Positions 25,194 to 38,485 of a stretch of DNA of 64,000 nucleotides are shown here, one piece after another. How positions within the stretch are numbered: position 1 is the first letter of the stretch; each line of letters starts with the position of its first letter. The notes under the pieces were generated by a model. The model did no database searches. It was not told where the DNA came from and worked only from the letters and a program-made list of their open reading frames with translations. Both the position numbers and the translations under genes were made by a program. The stretch lies in NCBI RefSeq assembly GCF_006345805.1, contig NC_042998.1, positions 22,010,001-22,074,000 of the forward strand, given 5' to 3'. This DNA comes from Octopus sinensis (taxonomy: Eukaryota).

Positions 25194-26189
25194 TTTTATA
25201 TATATATATATATATATGATGGGCTTCTTTTCAGTTTCCATCTACCTCACTAGGCTTTGGTTGGCCCAAGGCTATAATAGAAGATACTTGTCCAAGATGC
25301 CCATGCAATGGAACTGAACCTGGAACCATGTGGTTGGGAAGCAGGCTTCTTATCACACAGCAACAGGTACATGCATTGGTGTGTGATTAAGAAGCTAACT
25401 TCTTAACCACATTGGTCTTGGGTTCAGACCCACTGCATGGAACCTTGGGTCAAAGCTATTTCTATATGTGTGCAGATGTGGACAAAGGCTCTCTGATGCA
25501 GGAATAGCTGTATTATTCCTTGGCCTGTTGAGCCTAAGGCCAGGCAAAAATTTTAACCACACAACTATAATGGACCCCAATATCTGACTGGTACTTTATT
25601 ACATAAACCCTAGGAAGAGGAATAATGAAGCTGATTTTGGCAATATTTGAACTAAAAACAAAATTCTTAGTGTAGTTCTGTGGTAAGAAGTTTGCTTCTC
25701 AACCACTTGTTCTGGGGTTCATTTCCACCATGTGGCACCTTGGGCCACAGCCTCAAGTTGACCAAAGTCTTGTGAATGGATTTGGTAGATGGAAACTGAA
25801 AGAAGCCTGTTCTGTATATATATCAATGTGTGCGTCTTTGGGTCCATGTTTCTTCCTCCACCACCACTTGACAACCAGTGCTAGTTTGTTTACATCCCTG
25901 TAACTTAGCAGTTTGGTACAAAAGAGACCAAAAGAATAAATATCAGACATTACTAAAAAGTAATCACCGGGGTCAAATTGTTCACCTAAAATTCTTCAAG
26001 GCAGTGCCCCAGCATGGCCACAGTCTAATGACTGAAATAAATACGATAAATGATATAAACTGCGTGACATTTTGTCTGGCATTTACCATCTCCTATCATA
26101 ATTTACCATCTTACATCCCAAAAGTTATATTCTCTTTCTGCTTAAAACTGAATATTTCAACAAGCAATATAGCTAATGCTAAAATTTCT

Positions 26190-26430
26190 ATGTGGAGGCG
26201 CATGGCTTAGTGGTTAGGGTGTCAGCATCATGATCGTAAGATTGTGGTTTCGATTCCTGGACCGAGCGATGTGTTGTGTTCTTGAGCAAAACACTTCATT
26301 TCACGTTGCTCCAGTCCACTCAGCTGGCAAAAATGAGTAACACTGCGATGGACTGGCGTCCTATCCAGCTCAGGAACACATACGCCATTGAAACCATGAG
26401 CCTGACTAGGCTTTAAAAAGGGCACATTTT
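26190..26430 (+). mobile_element. tRNA-derived SINE family C
   Basis: A-box tggcttagtgg, B-box gtttcgattcc, cttgagcaaaacactt and ctgcgatggactggcgtcc central motifs. Minus-strand relatives at ~34975-35265, 49395-49700, 50240-50520, 57062-57362 and 57395-57700. Confidence 0.8.
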
Positions 26431-26526
26431 ATTTATTTAAAAAAATTTCTATGAGAGATGTAAATAGTTACAATACTGAAAAGTGATGTTTGTTGCCACT
26501 TCAACATAGTAGTTCCATATGGAATT

Positions 26527-26789
26527 ATGTTACTACCATTTTTTAAACCCCAGGATGACATCTCCTCTAGCTGGTTAACAACATAGCCTGTGTCTGATAT
26601 ATTGTGAGCAGAGGAGTGAATGGTGAGAAGACCAATATACTAGTCTGGTTTCAGGAAATGTCCTGAAACCAGACAGGTATACTGGTCTTGTCACCGCTAG
26701 ATGGTAGGGGTCGCAATATATCGGACACAGCTAGAGTTAACCAGCTGGAGGAGATGTTTTCCTGGGGTTAAAAAAAATGGTAGTAACAT
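26527..26789. mobile_element. Foldback/palindromic MITE
   Basis: Termini atgttactacc/ggtagtaacat, long imperfect arms and a central ~33-bp stem with an aaatgt loop; second 5'-truncated copy at 26910-27117. Confidence 0.85.
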
Positions 26790-28351
26790 TTCAAAGGGCT
26801 ATCTATTTAGCTGTAAGATGAAAATGCAATAGGCCAATAGGGGAACATCTATTATGTTTGTGAAACTTGTTAGAAAGAGTAGCTAAATCTTCCTCAAATC
26901 ATACTTTATAACATAGCCTGTGTCTGATATATTGCGAGCAGGGGCGTGAATGGTGACAAGACCGGTATACTAGTCTGGTTTCAAGAAATGCCCTGAAACC
27001 AGACTGGTATACTGGTCTTGTCACCGCTAGATGGTAGGGGTTTGCTTCTCTGCTCGCAATATATCAGACACAGCTGGAGGAGATGCCCTCCTGGGGTTAA
27101 AAAAATGATAGTAACATAGTTTCGTACGGGACAACCATGTTGAGGTGACAACAACCATTACATAACATTTCATCTTAAATATAAGGTAGTGAACTGGAAG
27201 AATCATGGGCATCCTGGCCAAAATGCTTAGTGGCATCTTATCTGTCTCGACATTCAGAGTTCAAATTCCACTAAGGTTGACTTTGCCTTTCATCCTTTCA
27301 GGGTCAATTATAAAATGTACCAGTTGAGCACTGGATTTGATGTAAGATGTAATTGACTTTCGCCCTCCCTCCCCACAAATTGCTGGCCTTGTGCCAAAAT
27401 TTGAAACCAATATTCTATCCTAGATAATTTCAATGTGACTTCATCCTTGCTCTTCTCTTTTTGATATAATACACTCTATTTCATAGAACTTGCCATTTGT
27501 ACCCCATTCTCTACTCAAGCCAACTAACAACAATTGTATACCCTCAAATTCCTCTTATCACCTATGTTCCATCAGATATAACACAAGGTCCTTCATCCTT
27601 ATAAAATTATTTCCATTGGCTTATGTTCAACAATGCTACAAAAACCTCCAATTTTCAACATTGCAGCATAATGAAACCAAAGTTAGTCACCCATTCCATA
27701 TCTCTGATCTATGAAGGCCCATATTGCAGTTAGCGCCTGGCCTTCTGAGAAGATACAACAAAGCCGAACCTTGTAAAGTTTTCTATACATCAACCAGTTT
27801 AGCTGCTAAGTAGATATCCTGTTTATGGATGATTGGGTCTCGTTTCAAAGAGTTATCTGTTTAGCTGTAAGATGAAAATGCAACAGGCCAATAGGGGAAC
27901 ATCTTTTATGGTTGTGCAACTTGTTAAAAAGAGCAGCTAAATCTTTCTCAAATCATATTTTACGTTTTTTTTTTCTGTTTTGAAAAAATGTTGCATTGGA
28001 TAATATAAGCCTTCAAACACTATATTTAAAAAGAAATGAGATACACATGGCCAAAATACCTTTGATCATGGTTTCCATCAGGACTGACCCGGGGCTAAAC
28101 ATCATCATCATCATCATCATCATCATCTTCTGACTTTTACTTGTTTCAGTCATTAGACTGTGGCCATGCTGGGGCAAGACCTTGAAGAATTTTTTAGACA
28201 CACGAATTGACCCCAAGACTTATTCTTTTTAAGCCTGGTACTTCTTTTCTCAGTCTCTTTGCTGAACAGTGAAGTTACAGGGATGTAAACAAACCAACAC
28301 TGGTTGTCAAGCAGTTGTTGAGGATAAATGCAGACACAAAGACTCACACAC

Positions 28352-28382
<31 letters not shown>

Positions 28383-28419
28383 CACACACATATATATATG
28401 ACAGGCTTCTTTCAGTTTA

Positions 28420-28640
28420 TTTCTTTATTGCCCGCAAGGGGCAACAAACGGAGGGGACAAACAAGGACAGACAAATGGATTAAGTCGATTTCATCGACCC
28501 CAGTGCATAACTGGTACTTATTTAATCGACCCCGAAAGGATGAAAGGTAAAGTCGACCTCGGTGGAATTTGAACTCAGAACGTAGCGGCAGACGAAATAC
28601 CGCTAAGCATTTCGCCTGGCTTGCTAACATTTCTGCCAGA
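28420..28640 (-). mobile_element. SINE family A inserted into a family B element
   Basis: Flanked by duplicated ggcttctttcagttt (28384 and 28653) of the host SINE. Confidence 0.75.
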
Positions 28641-30047
28641 TTGCTGCTTTAAGGCTTCTTTCAGTTTCTGTCTACCAAATCTGTTCACAAAGCTTTGGTT
28701 GGATCGAGGCTATAGTAAAAGATACAAAGTGCCATGCAATGGGACTGAACCTGGAACCATATGGTCGGAAAGCAAACTTCTCGTCATTGTTGTTGTCCCT
28801 CCGCCTGCTCTTCCTCCTCACTATCATCATCATCATCATCGCCATTGTCATGTAAATTGCTATGGGTAGCCTGCTATTCAGATATTGACTAGAGCCCCCC
28901 AAGATATTGAGTAGAGCTAGAAAATTGCATGTGAAAGAGGGGGGATATGGAATGGCTTAAGCCCATGAGTCAAAGAGTCACTCAACTCAATGGAAATTAC
29001 CATTATATCTTTACACCACCTACACAGTTATAAAACACCTGATTGATTTCTACCCCTGCACTCTTCACTATTATTAATTCATACAAATATCTAAATTTGC
29101 TGAACCATCAAGTTGATGCTGCAATACCATAAAACCAGATTTAGAACTACAAAAACAAACACAAAAAAAACAAGAAATAGAAGAAAAAAAATATATGGTT
29201 AAAAATAATAAAATTGGAGTGCATATAGTATGGTTGACTAACCATTAATATCTGCTTTGGGGGTGCTGGGGGAAAGATTCCTGTTTGGACACAATAAACC
29301 TATTCAATGAGAAATATTTAGATTCGAAACATTTTTAGTATTGTTCACTAAGTGAATGATTTTTAATACAGAAGATGGTTCCTGCTGCAATCTGGCATTT
29401 GAGAACAAAAACCCCGAGCAGAACTATTTCTGAAAGATTGAAAAGTGATGTTCCCATCAAATCAACCGGCATTATGTTATTAAAGGCTAAAACGAAATAA
29501 TTTTGTATAAACAAGAAAAAATAACACAAACATTAAATATGGAAACAGAGAAACTAACATCCATAAGTTAGCTGTTGATCTGCCAGCTTTATTTGACAGA
29601 AAATGTTTCTGGCTTAGAATTGTCATTTTTGACTAATATTCTCTTCCGTCATGTTTAGTGTTGCTGTCACTTTAGTTTCTTCAGAACACCTCTCGATTCA
29701 ATTCCGTTCTGATCCTCTCTTCATCTTAATACACTCTCTTATTTTCTCTGTTTTATCATCTACCAATCTTTTACTTTGATATCACAACTGTGATTTTTTT
29801 TTTTTTTCTTTATGTTTTTTTTTATCTTTTATTTAAACTGATTTCTTCTTTTTTCTTTTTCCCCAAAGCTTTCTCTTTGCCCTTCTTTTTTTTTACTTCG
29901 ATATCCCATATGTCGTATATTCTAACGTTGTGCTTCAGCAAGTTCACTGTGTTTCTTTATGGCTTATCCTTATCTTCATTCTTCCATGTTGCTGTTGTTA
30001 AGTGGTAAACATCAACATCATGATGATCATCATGATCATCATTACCT

Positions 30048-30510
30048 ATTTCTTTACTACCCACAAGGGGCTATTATCGACCCCGAAACGATGAAAGGCA
30101 GACGAAATACCTATTTCTTTACTATCCACAAGGGGCTAAACACAGAGAGGACAGACAAACGGATTAAGTCGATAACATCGACCCCAGTGAGTAACTGGTA
30201 CTTAATTTATCGACCCTGAAAGGATGAAAGGCAAAGTCGACCTCAGCAGAATTTGAACTCAGAACGTAGCGGCATACGAAATATCTATTTCTTTACTACC
30301 CACAAGGGGCTAAACACAGAGAGGACAAACAAGGACAGACAAATGGATTAAGTTGATTACATCGACCCCAGTGAGTAACTGGTACTTAATTTATCGACCC
30401 CGAAAGGATGAAAGGCAAAGTCGACCTCGGCGGAATTTGAACTCAGAACGTAACGGCAGACGAAATACCGCTAAGCATTTCGCCCGACGTGCTAACGCTT
30501 CTGCCAGCTC
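30048..30510 (-). mobile_element. SINE family A head-to-tail trimer
   Basis: Tail-to-internal junctions at ~30108 and ~30282; the last unit is internally deleted. Confidence 0.85.
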
Positions 30511-31107
30511 CCCACCTTATCACCATTACCATTCTAACATTCACTTCTCCATACTCACATTAGTCAGACAGAATTTGTTGATGATGGTGGATTCTCTATG
30601 GTTGGATACCTTTCCTGTCACCAACCTTCATGTTTCCAAAGCAAGGCAATATTTCTCCATGACCAGACATGTTTTCATGGAAGATTGTCAAAAAAAGACA
30701 CTGTTTGCATGACAGGGGCACTTGTTTACAACTGTCATGCAATATCATAGAATAACACACACACACACACATACAAATGTACATATATATATATGTACAT
30801 ACATACATACATACATACAAACATATGTATAAGTATATAGACAATAGGTGAGAGTTAGATATGTTCAGAATAGAAAGCATGTAGTGGGGCTCAAACAAAT
30901 TTGAACTTAAGAACTCTGAATTCTTTATGCAGGATTAGGTCTGCTGTGTCAAGAATGGCTGTAAGAGAAATCCAATATATCTGTCTGTCTGTCTGTCTGT
31001 CTGTCTGCCTGCCTGTCTGTCTGTCTGACTGTCTGCCTGCCTGTCTGTCTGTCTGTCTGTCTCTTTATCTATCCGTCTGTCTGTATGTATGCCTGTATAT
31101 CTTTCAA

Positions 31108-31190
<83 letters not shown>

Positions 31191-32468
31191 GTCTATCTAT
31201 CTACCTGTCTGTCTTTCTATATCCATCCAACCATCCAAACGTACATACATGAACCCCCCCCCCCACACACACACACACACATACACACATGTCAATCTAT
31301 ATATCACAGTCCATCTATGCTGTTAAATGTTAATAACCTAGATTTATTCAGGAAGCAAATTAAAGAAAATGTTGGGTTAGGTTGCTATACTTTCTCTTTG
31401 TTATTAACCTTACCATCTGATATTGTAAGTCAGTCTGAGGATTGTTTAGTAGCAGACTGAATGCTGCTTTTAACTCATTTACCATCAGCTTTATTATTAT
31501 TATGACACAATAAATTCCTCTTCCTAAATGGTTAGTAACATCTAAATAAATTCTTTTACCTTAACCATTGCAGTATCTTGATTCTGTTGAGTCAGTGTAA
31601 CTATCAGAGTAATATGAATTGCCCCCATGCTAATATTTCGTCTATTAGACAAACTCTGAGGGTTTGATGATATAATCTGATATTAAGGTATATCCATGCA
31701 CAAAGGAATAATTCACCAATGAAATATGTGTAAAGACATAATGAATAAACACACAACATATCTGCGGTATTATTTGTTTTATATCTACTCTGTGTTCTGA
31801 ATATTGATAGAAAATAGCAAGAAGATATTTTCTTATACTGATTTGATTTCCTTTTATTCACACAATCTTTGATACAATAAGGCAACACATGGAGTTCTAA
31901 ACATTGGTTATACACACTGTACATATGTTAAATATATAAATATAGATATAAGTAAATCTGCCTACTTGCCTGTCTGTATGTATGTAAGCGAACATAAGTA
32001 TACACACACACACACACACACAATTGAAGAAGAGAGAAAAAAGTTATAACATCACCTGCAGGATTTGAACACACTATCTATTGTACAGTGGTATAGTTGT
32101 GTATGGCTGTGCAATATATGTGTATATTTAATATATATATATATACACACACACACACATACATATACCTATACATATATATATACAAACATACATATAT
32201 ACACACATATGGATGTGTGTCTGTGTGTGTGTGAATTTCCGTTGTATTCTATACTGTTTTTTCATTTTTGCTAATTATTCAAAGGGAGGAGTAGTACTCG
32301 TGACCTTTGAAGGTCCCCCTTGGCAGTTTGTACTAGATGTAGAGAGCTATCATAATACACATAAATACACACATATTTTCACAGATTCCCATTCACACAC
32401 ACATATATATATGTCTCTGCATGCATATGTGTGTGTGTGCATATACACATGCATGTGTGTGCATATAT

Positions 32469-32501
<33 letters not shown>

Positions 32502-32679
32502 GTATATACATATGTATGCATATATATATATATATATGTATATACATATGTATGCATATATATATATGTATATACATATGTATGCATGTTTATATATATG
32601 TATGCATGTATATACATATGTATGCATGTTTATATATATGTATGCATGTATATATTATATATATATATGTATGCATGTA

Positions 32680-32712
<33 letters not shown>

Positions 32713-32718
32713 CATGTA

Positions 32719-32753
<35 letters not shown>

Positions 32754-35700
32754 ATATATGTATGCATGTAATATATGTATATGGAAAGCGGACGTTAAAC
32801 GATGATGATGATGATGATGATGACGTATGTATGTATATATATATATGTGTGTGTGTGTGGTAATAAATATATATATGTGCATATACATTTATATCTATGT
32901 GTTAATATTATGTGAAGGGCTGTCATCTGGTTATTAGAAGCTAACCACACTTTGCTTGCCAAATTTCTCTCCTTAACCATTAAATAATATCCTTCTTTTA
33001 AGATTGATTTCACTCAAATTTCTGGCAGCTGCTAAAAGGAAGTGTAATACTTCTGTTGAAAAAAACATATTTCACACATGCAAGCACACACATTATATAT
33101 ACACACGTATATTGAGGCACAGTGATGCAGGAGCAAACACACACACACACACACACTTTTGTATATGAATGTGCACGTACGTGAACTTCTGTGTATGCAT
33201 ACAGTAATATTTATAACCACATACGTAACATGTATTCAATAATACTTATTATATACCAACAGTTGCATATATAATATGTAATATATACGTAAGAATAATA
33301 TGTAATATATATATTATATATATAGGCGCAGGTGTGGCTGCATGGTAAGAAGCTTGCTTCCCAACCACATGGTTCTGAGTTCAGTCCCACTAAGTAGCAC
33401 CTTGTACAAGTGTCTTCTACTATAGCCTCGGGTCGACCAAAGCCATGTGAGTGGATTTGGTAGACAGAAACTGAAAGAAGCCCGTTGTATATGTGTATAT
33501 ATATATAATATATATATATATATAAAAAAGGGGTTTGTATGATTGTGTATAGAGGGATATATATTATTCAAAGGAATTCCAACTCTGTCTGTTTTTTATG
33601 TTTTATTTATATTCTTTATAATATTAATGTAGAATATAGAATATATAGTATAAATAGTATATATATAGTGAAATGAAGTATTGGTTGTCTTATTGAATAG
33701 ATGAAATATTGAACATAAAATATTAAGGGACTAGTATACTTTCTTGCATTTTAGCAGTCTTCAAGGTCCCAGGTTGTGACAGGAGTGATATATACTTATA
33801 TATATATATGTATATATTTGTGTCTGTATTTGTCCCCCCACCATTGCTTGGCAACTGATGTTACAAAGAATAAGTCCTGAGGGTCGATTTGTTTGACTAA
33901 GGAGGTGCTCCAGCATGGCCGCAGTCAAATGACTGAAACAAGTAAAAGACACACAAACATGTACATACATTTATATATATATATATATATGATGGGCTTC
34001 TTTCAGTTTCCATCTACCAAATTTACTCACAAGGCTTTGGTTGGCCCGAGACTATAGTATAAGACACTTGCCCAAGGTGCCATGCAGTGGGACTGAACCT
34101 GGGACCATGTGGTTGTATCTTTAGTTCACTGATATTGGTTTAATCAAAGTTTAGTGAATTTCATATGCAGTACTCAATATCAAATATGCTGATGATTGCA
34201 AGGTCATGGTTTCCATTCCTGGGTCAGGCTCTGTGTTGTGTTCTTGAGCAAAACACTTCATTTCATGTTTCTCTTGTGATAGCGTTGGCATCTGTCAATA
34301 TAGTACGCATTGCACCTGTAGAGGTAATGTCGATCAGATGGATTCTGTTAATGCACAGTTCAAATATTTGATCACTATTAACCAATCATCTGTCCAGGTT
34401 GTTTTGCTATAAATTGCAGAACCCTTATATATCTCCTATGACAGGAGAGTCCATGCTTTTTTACTATGAACTATGAATACACACACACACACATGACATT
34501 AAAAAAAAATCCACTGTCGTATCCATTAGATATAACTGCTAGTGTTTCAGTTGATCTGATCAGTGGAACAGCACTGCTCATAAAATTAACATTCGAGTGG
34601 CTGAGCACTTCACAGACATGTGTGTGGTCATAAATACTGATACTATTACTATGAAAATGAGGCTTAGAAATGGTATTTAAACATATTAAAGTGGTGAGCT
34701 GGCAGAAACATTAGCACGTTGGGTGAAATGCTTAGTGGTATTTCGTCTGCTGTTACATTCTGAGTTCAAATTCTGTCGAGGTCGATTTTGCCTTTCATCC
34801 TTTTGGGGTCGATAAATTAAGTACCAGTTACACACTGGGGTCAATGTAATCAACTTAATCCCTTTTGTCTGTCCTTGTTTGTCCCCCTTGTGGGTAGTAA
34901 AGAAATAGGCATTTAAACATGGCTGTCTGCTGACCAGCTAGGTTGGTGACTAAAGCTACTATTTTTTTTTTTTGTTCCTTCTCGAGCCATGCCTGGCTCA
35001 TAAGGGCCGGTTTCCTTGGCATATAGGTTCCCCATCTGGGCAGGACGCCGGTCCGTTGTAGGTGAGCTGCAAGATGCAGGAGGAAAGAATGAGAGAAAGT
35101 TATGGCGAAAGAGTCAGCAGAAGTTTGCCATTACTTTCTGCCGGAACCGCATGGAGCTTAGATGTTTTGCTCATAAACACACACTTTGCCTGGTCTGAGA
35201 TTCAAACCCGCGATCCCTCGACTGTGAGTCCGCTGCTCTAACCACTACGCCATGTGCCTTCACAAGCTACTATTGACAGTCACTGTACTCTTGTTCTTAG
35301 AAGAGTAAAGCCTATTTTCGGCCAATCTTTTCTGCTTCCTGTATTAAGAAAATTGAGAATTGCTGCACTACTACAATGGCCATAGTCTAATGGCTGAAAC
35401 AAGGAAAAAAAGACAAAAAAAAGATAGACGATAATAAGTTTCTATATTTTTTTCTCTACATCCTCCATATGCTGTCACTGTTGAAGATTGCTTTCCAAAG
35501 AGAGAAGGGTTCGTAGATGAATTGGGGATCTGAGACTTGTCACATGCAGAAACAATAAGAAAATTTGGGAAAAAAATACAAAATCTTTTCAGTCTCCAGT
35601 ATTAACAAAATTGAGAATTGCTTCACAATTTCAGTATGTACTCTTAATGAAGTTCTCAGGGAGATTCAGCATGACACGGAATGGATCAAAGCTGGCCTTT

Positions 35701-35759
35701 TGAAATGTAGATTCTACTCGTTTTTACTAGCTGAGTGGACTGGAGCTTTCAAGAATGGA

Positions 35760-36460
35760 TTAACCTTTCTGTTACCATATTTCTGTTGAGATACTCTGTG
35801 TTTCTTTCAATTAATTTGAAATATAACAAAGAATTTAGTAAAATAACTCAGTTATCATTAAGTTAGTGTTAGCAACATAAATTGTGACTAAGGTTTGGTG
35901 GAAGATTTTAATTCAGAACTTATGGAAACAAAACATTTTGTACTACAAAGTCAGAGCCGGTTTCAGCCGGGCTGCTTTTGAAAGGGTTAAATTAATCATT
36001 TGTTAAACCTTTTGTTACCATATTTCTGTTGAGATGCTCTGTGATTCTTTTAATTAATTTTAAATATAACAAAGAATTTAGTAAAATAACTCAGTTATCA
36101 TTAAGCTAGTGTTAGGAACATAAATTGTGACTAAGGTTTGGTTGAAGATTTTAATTCAAAATTTATGAAAACAAGACATTTGTACTCAGAGCCAGAGGCA
36201 GTTTCAGCCAGGTTGGTATCAAAAGGGTTAAATTAATCATTTGTTAACCCTTTTCTTACTATATTTCTGTTGAGATGCTCTGTGATTCTTTCAATTAATT
36301 TTAAATATAACAAAGAATTTAGTAAAATAACTCAGTTATCATTAAACTAGTGTTAGGAACATAAATTGTGACTAAGGTTTGGTGGAAGATTTTAATTCAG
36401 AACTTTTGAAAACAAGACATTTGTATTACAGAGTCAGAGGCAGTTTCAGACAGGTTGGTC
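35760..36460 (+). mobile_element. piggyBac-type MITE trimer (period 241 bp)
   Basis: Linkers TTAA-attaatcatttg-TTAA at 35987-36006 and 36228-36247; the third unit is truncated by a SINE tail. Confidence 0.9.
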
Positions 36461-36594
36461 TCAGAATAAGTCCTGTGGTCGATTTGCCTGACTAAAGGCG
36501 GTGCTCTAGCATGGCCACAGTCAAATGACTGAAACAAGTAAAAGAGTAAAAAGAGAGTAAAAGAGTATATTCCAACTAGCAGAAGTGATTACTC

Positions 36595-36836
36595 TCTTTA
36601 CTCTCTTTTACTTGTTTCAGTCATTTGACTGCGGCCATGCTGGAGCACCGCCTTTAGTCGAGCAAATCGACCCCGGGACTTATTCTTTGGAAGCCCAGTA
36701 CTTATTCTATCGGTCTCTTTTGCCGAACCGCTAATGACAGGGACGTAAACACACCAGCATCGGTTGTCAAGCAATGCTAGGGGTACAAACACAAACACAC
36801 ACACACACATACATATTATATATGTGTATATATATC

Positions 36837-36878
<42 letters not shown>

Positions 36879-37040
36879 TACGACAGGCTTCTTTCAGTTT
36901 CCGTCTACCAAATCCACTCACAAGGCATTGGTCAGCCCGGGACTATAGCAGAAGACACTTGCCCAAGATGCCATGCAGTGGGACTGAACCTGGAACCATG
37001 TGGTTGGTAAGCAAGCTACTTACCACACAGCCACTCCTGT
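36595..37040 (-). mobile_element. SINE family B, near-consensus
   Basis: Complete tail, microsatellite and head; similar copies at 38272-38710 (+), 43095-43490 (+) and 63238-63650 (-). Confidence 0.9.
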
Positions 37041-37073
37041 GCCTGATTCTTCATTTATACTTAAATATATGCA

Positions 37074-37668
37074 TAAGAGTGAGAAGAAGAAAGGAGAAAC
37101 AAGACAAAAACAAAAAAAAAAAACAATTCACCACCTGAAGTTGAAAATTTTGGGGCGCTGGGAAACCTCTCTTTTGAGGCATGACAGCATGATTGCTGTA
37201 TTGCCATGGGTGATGGCGAGGCTGATGTGCTGGAACAAATAATCGCCCTCATGAGCTTCACCGGTTACCTCTGCTAGGCGGCGAGCTGGCAGAAACGTTA
37301 GCGCGCCGGACTAAATGTTTCATCTGCTGTTACGTTCTGAGTTCAAATTCTGCTGAGGTCGACTTTGCCTTTCATCCTTTCAGGGTTGATAAATTAAGTA
37401 CCAGTTACGCACTGGGGTCGATGTAATCGACTTAATACCTATGTCTGTCCTTGTTTGTCCCCTCTATGTTTAGCCCCTTGTGGGTAATAAAGAAATAGGT
37501 TACCTCTGCTAGGCGAGCTGCCACTGAAAACAGGAATTTTGCCGTTAGTGGTTCGGCGCCACCAAATGCCTTGAACACCACAGCATGGAAAATGTAGTTG
37601 GACGACAGATTGCAGTGCCACAGAAACTGTGGTGAATTGTTTTTTTTCTCTTCTTCTTCTTACTCTTA
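37074..37668 (-). mobile_element. CRE-like non-LTR retrotransposon REL C-terminal fragment with inverted terminal duplication
   Basis: Removing the SINE and one TSD restores the open frame NLSSNYIFHAVVFKAFGGAEPLTAKFL...RLAEVTGEAHEGDYLFQHISLAITHGNTAIMLSCL (stop at 37128-30), resembling the CRE C-terminal FQRISLAIQRGNA motif. Confidence 0.7.
37281..37497 (+). mobile_element. SINE family A with up to 18-bp TSD
   Basis: ggttacctctgctaggcg at 37263-80 and 37498-515. Confidence 0.9.
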
Positions 37669-38443
37669 GATCTGGTCTCTTACACATACCCTACAATGTC
37701 ACTGTGAAAATAAGAATCTCTTCTTCAAAACTGAGATAATACATAATAAATTCAAAACAAAAATGGAACAACAAAGCATAACATTTAGCAGAGTAATTTT
37801 TGAATAGTAGAGAATTAAACAGGAAGCTTTTATCAAAGAACCATAGGTGGTCTCAGGCGGATTGGCATCAAAAAAGGTTGTAAATGGACAGGCACATTAG
37901 CTAATGTAAATAAGTAGATCAAAATCCACCATGTCCTGGTAAAAAAAAAAAACCAACAAAAAACGCAGAAAGAACAAAAAGGCAGGAAGGTCTCAGCTGG
38001 AATATCTTTGATCGTAGTTCTGCTTGATCAGTATTTGAACTGGGGTTAAATAATAATGACCCACCATGTGTTATAATTTGGTCTGTAGCTGCTGCTAACT
38101 TTCGTCTGGTATAAATATATCTTCCTTTCTTTTATGGAATTGGCAGCATCGTTAAACTGTGGTTCTCATCCATTTTAATTTTTTTTTATTTTTGGCCTTT
38201 GAACCACTTTGATTCCTGTTTTCCTCAATTGGTCCCCCGTAGACATTTGATGCTAAATAAAGTCCTATTATAGGTGCAGGAGTGGCTATGTGGTAAGTAG
38301 CTTGTTTACCAACCACATGGTTCTGGGTTCAATCCCACTGAATGGCACCTTGGGCAAGTGTCTTCTACTATAGCCTCGGGCCGACCAAAGCCTTGTGAGT
38401 GGATTCGGTTGACGGAAACTGAAAGAAGCCCATCGTATATATG

Positions 38444-38485
<42 letters not shown>

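Noticed and set aside
26190-26262. tRNA gene
   Set aside because: A and B boxes are present but there is no closed cloverleaf; it continues into a SINE body, as do all tRNA-like heads here.
31560-31676. 117-nt phase-0 minus-strand exon (IISSNPQSLSNRR...AMVK)
   Set aside because: AG/GT-bounded and open, but the pyrimidine tract is weak, the peptide is unrecognisable and there are no partner exons.
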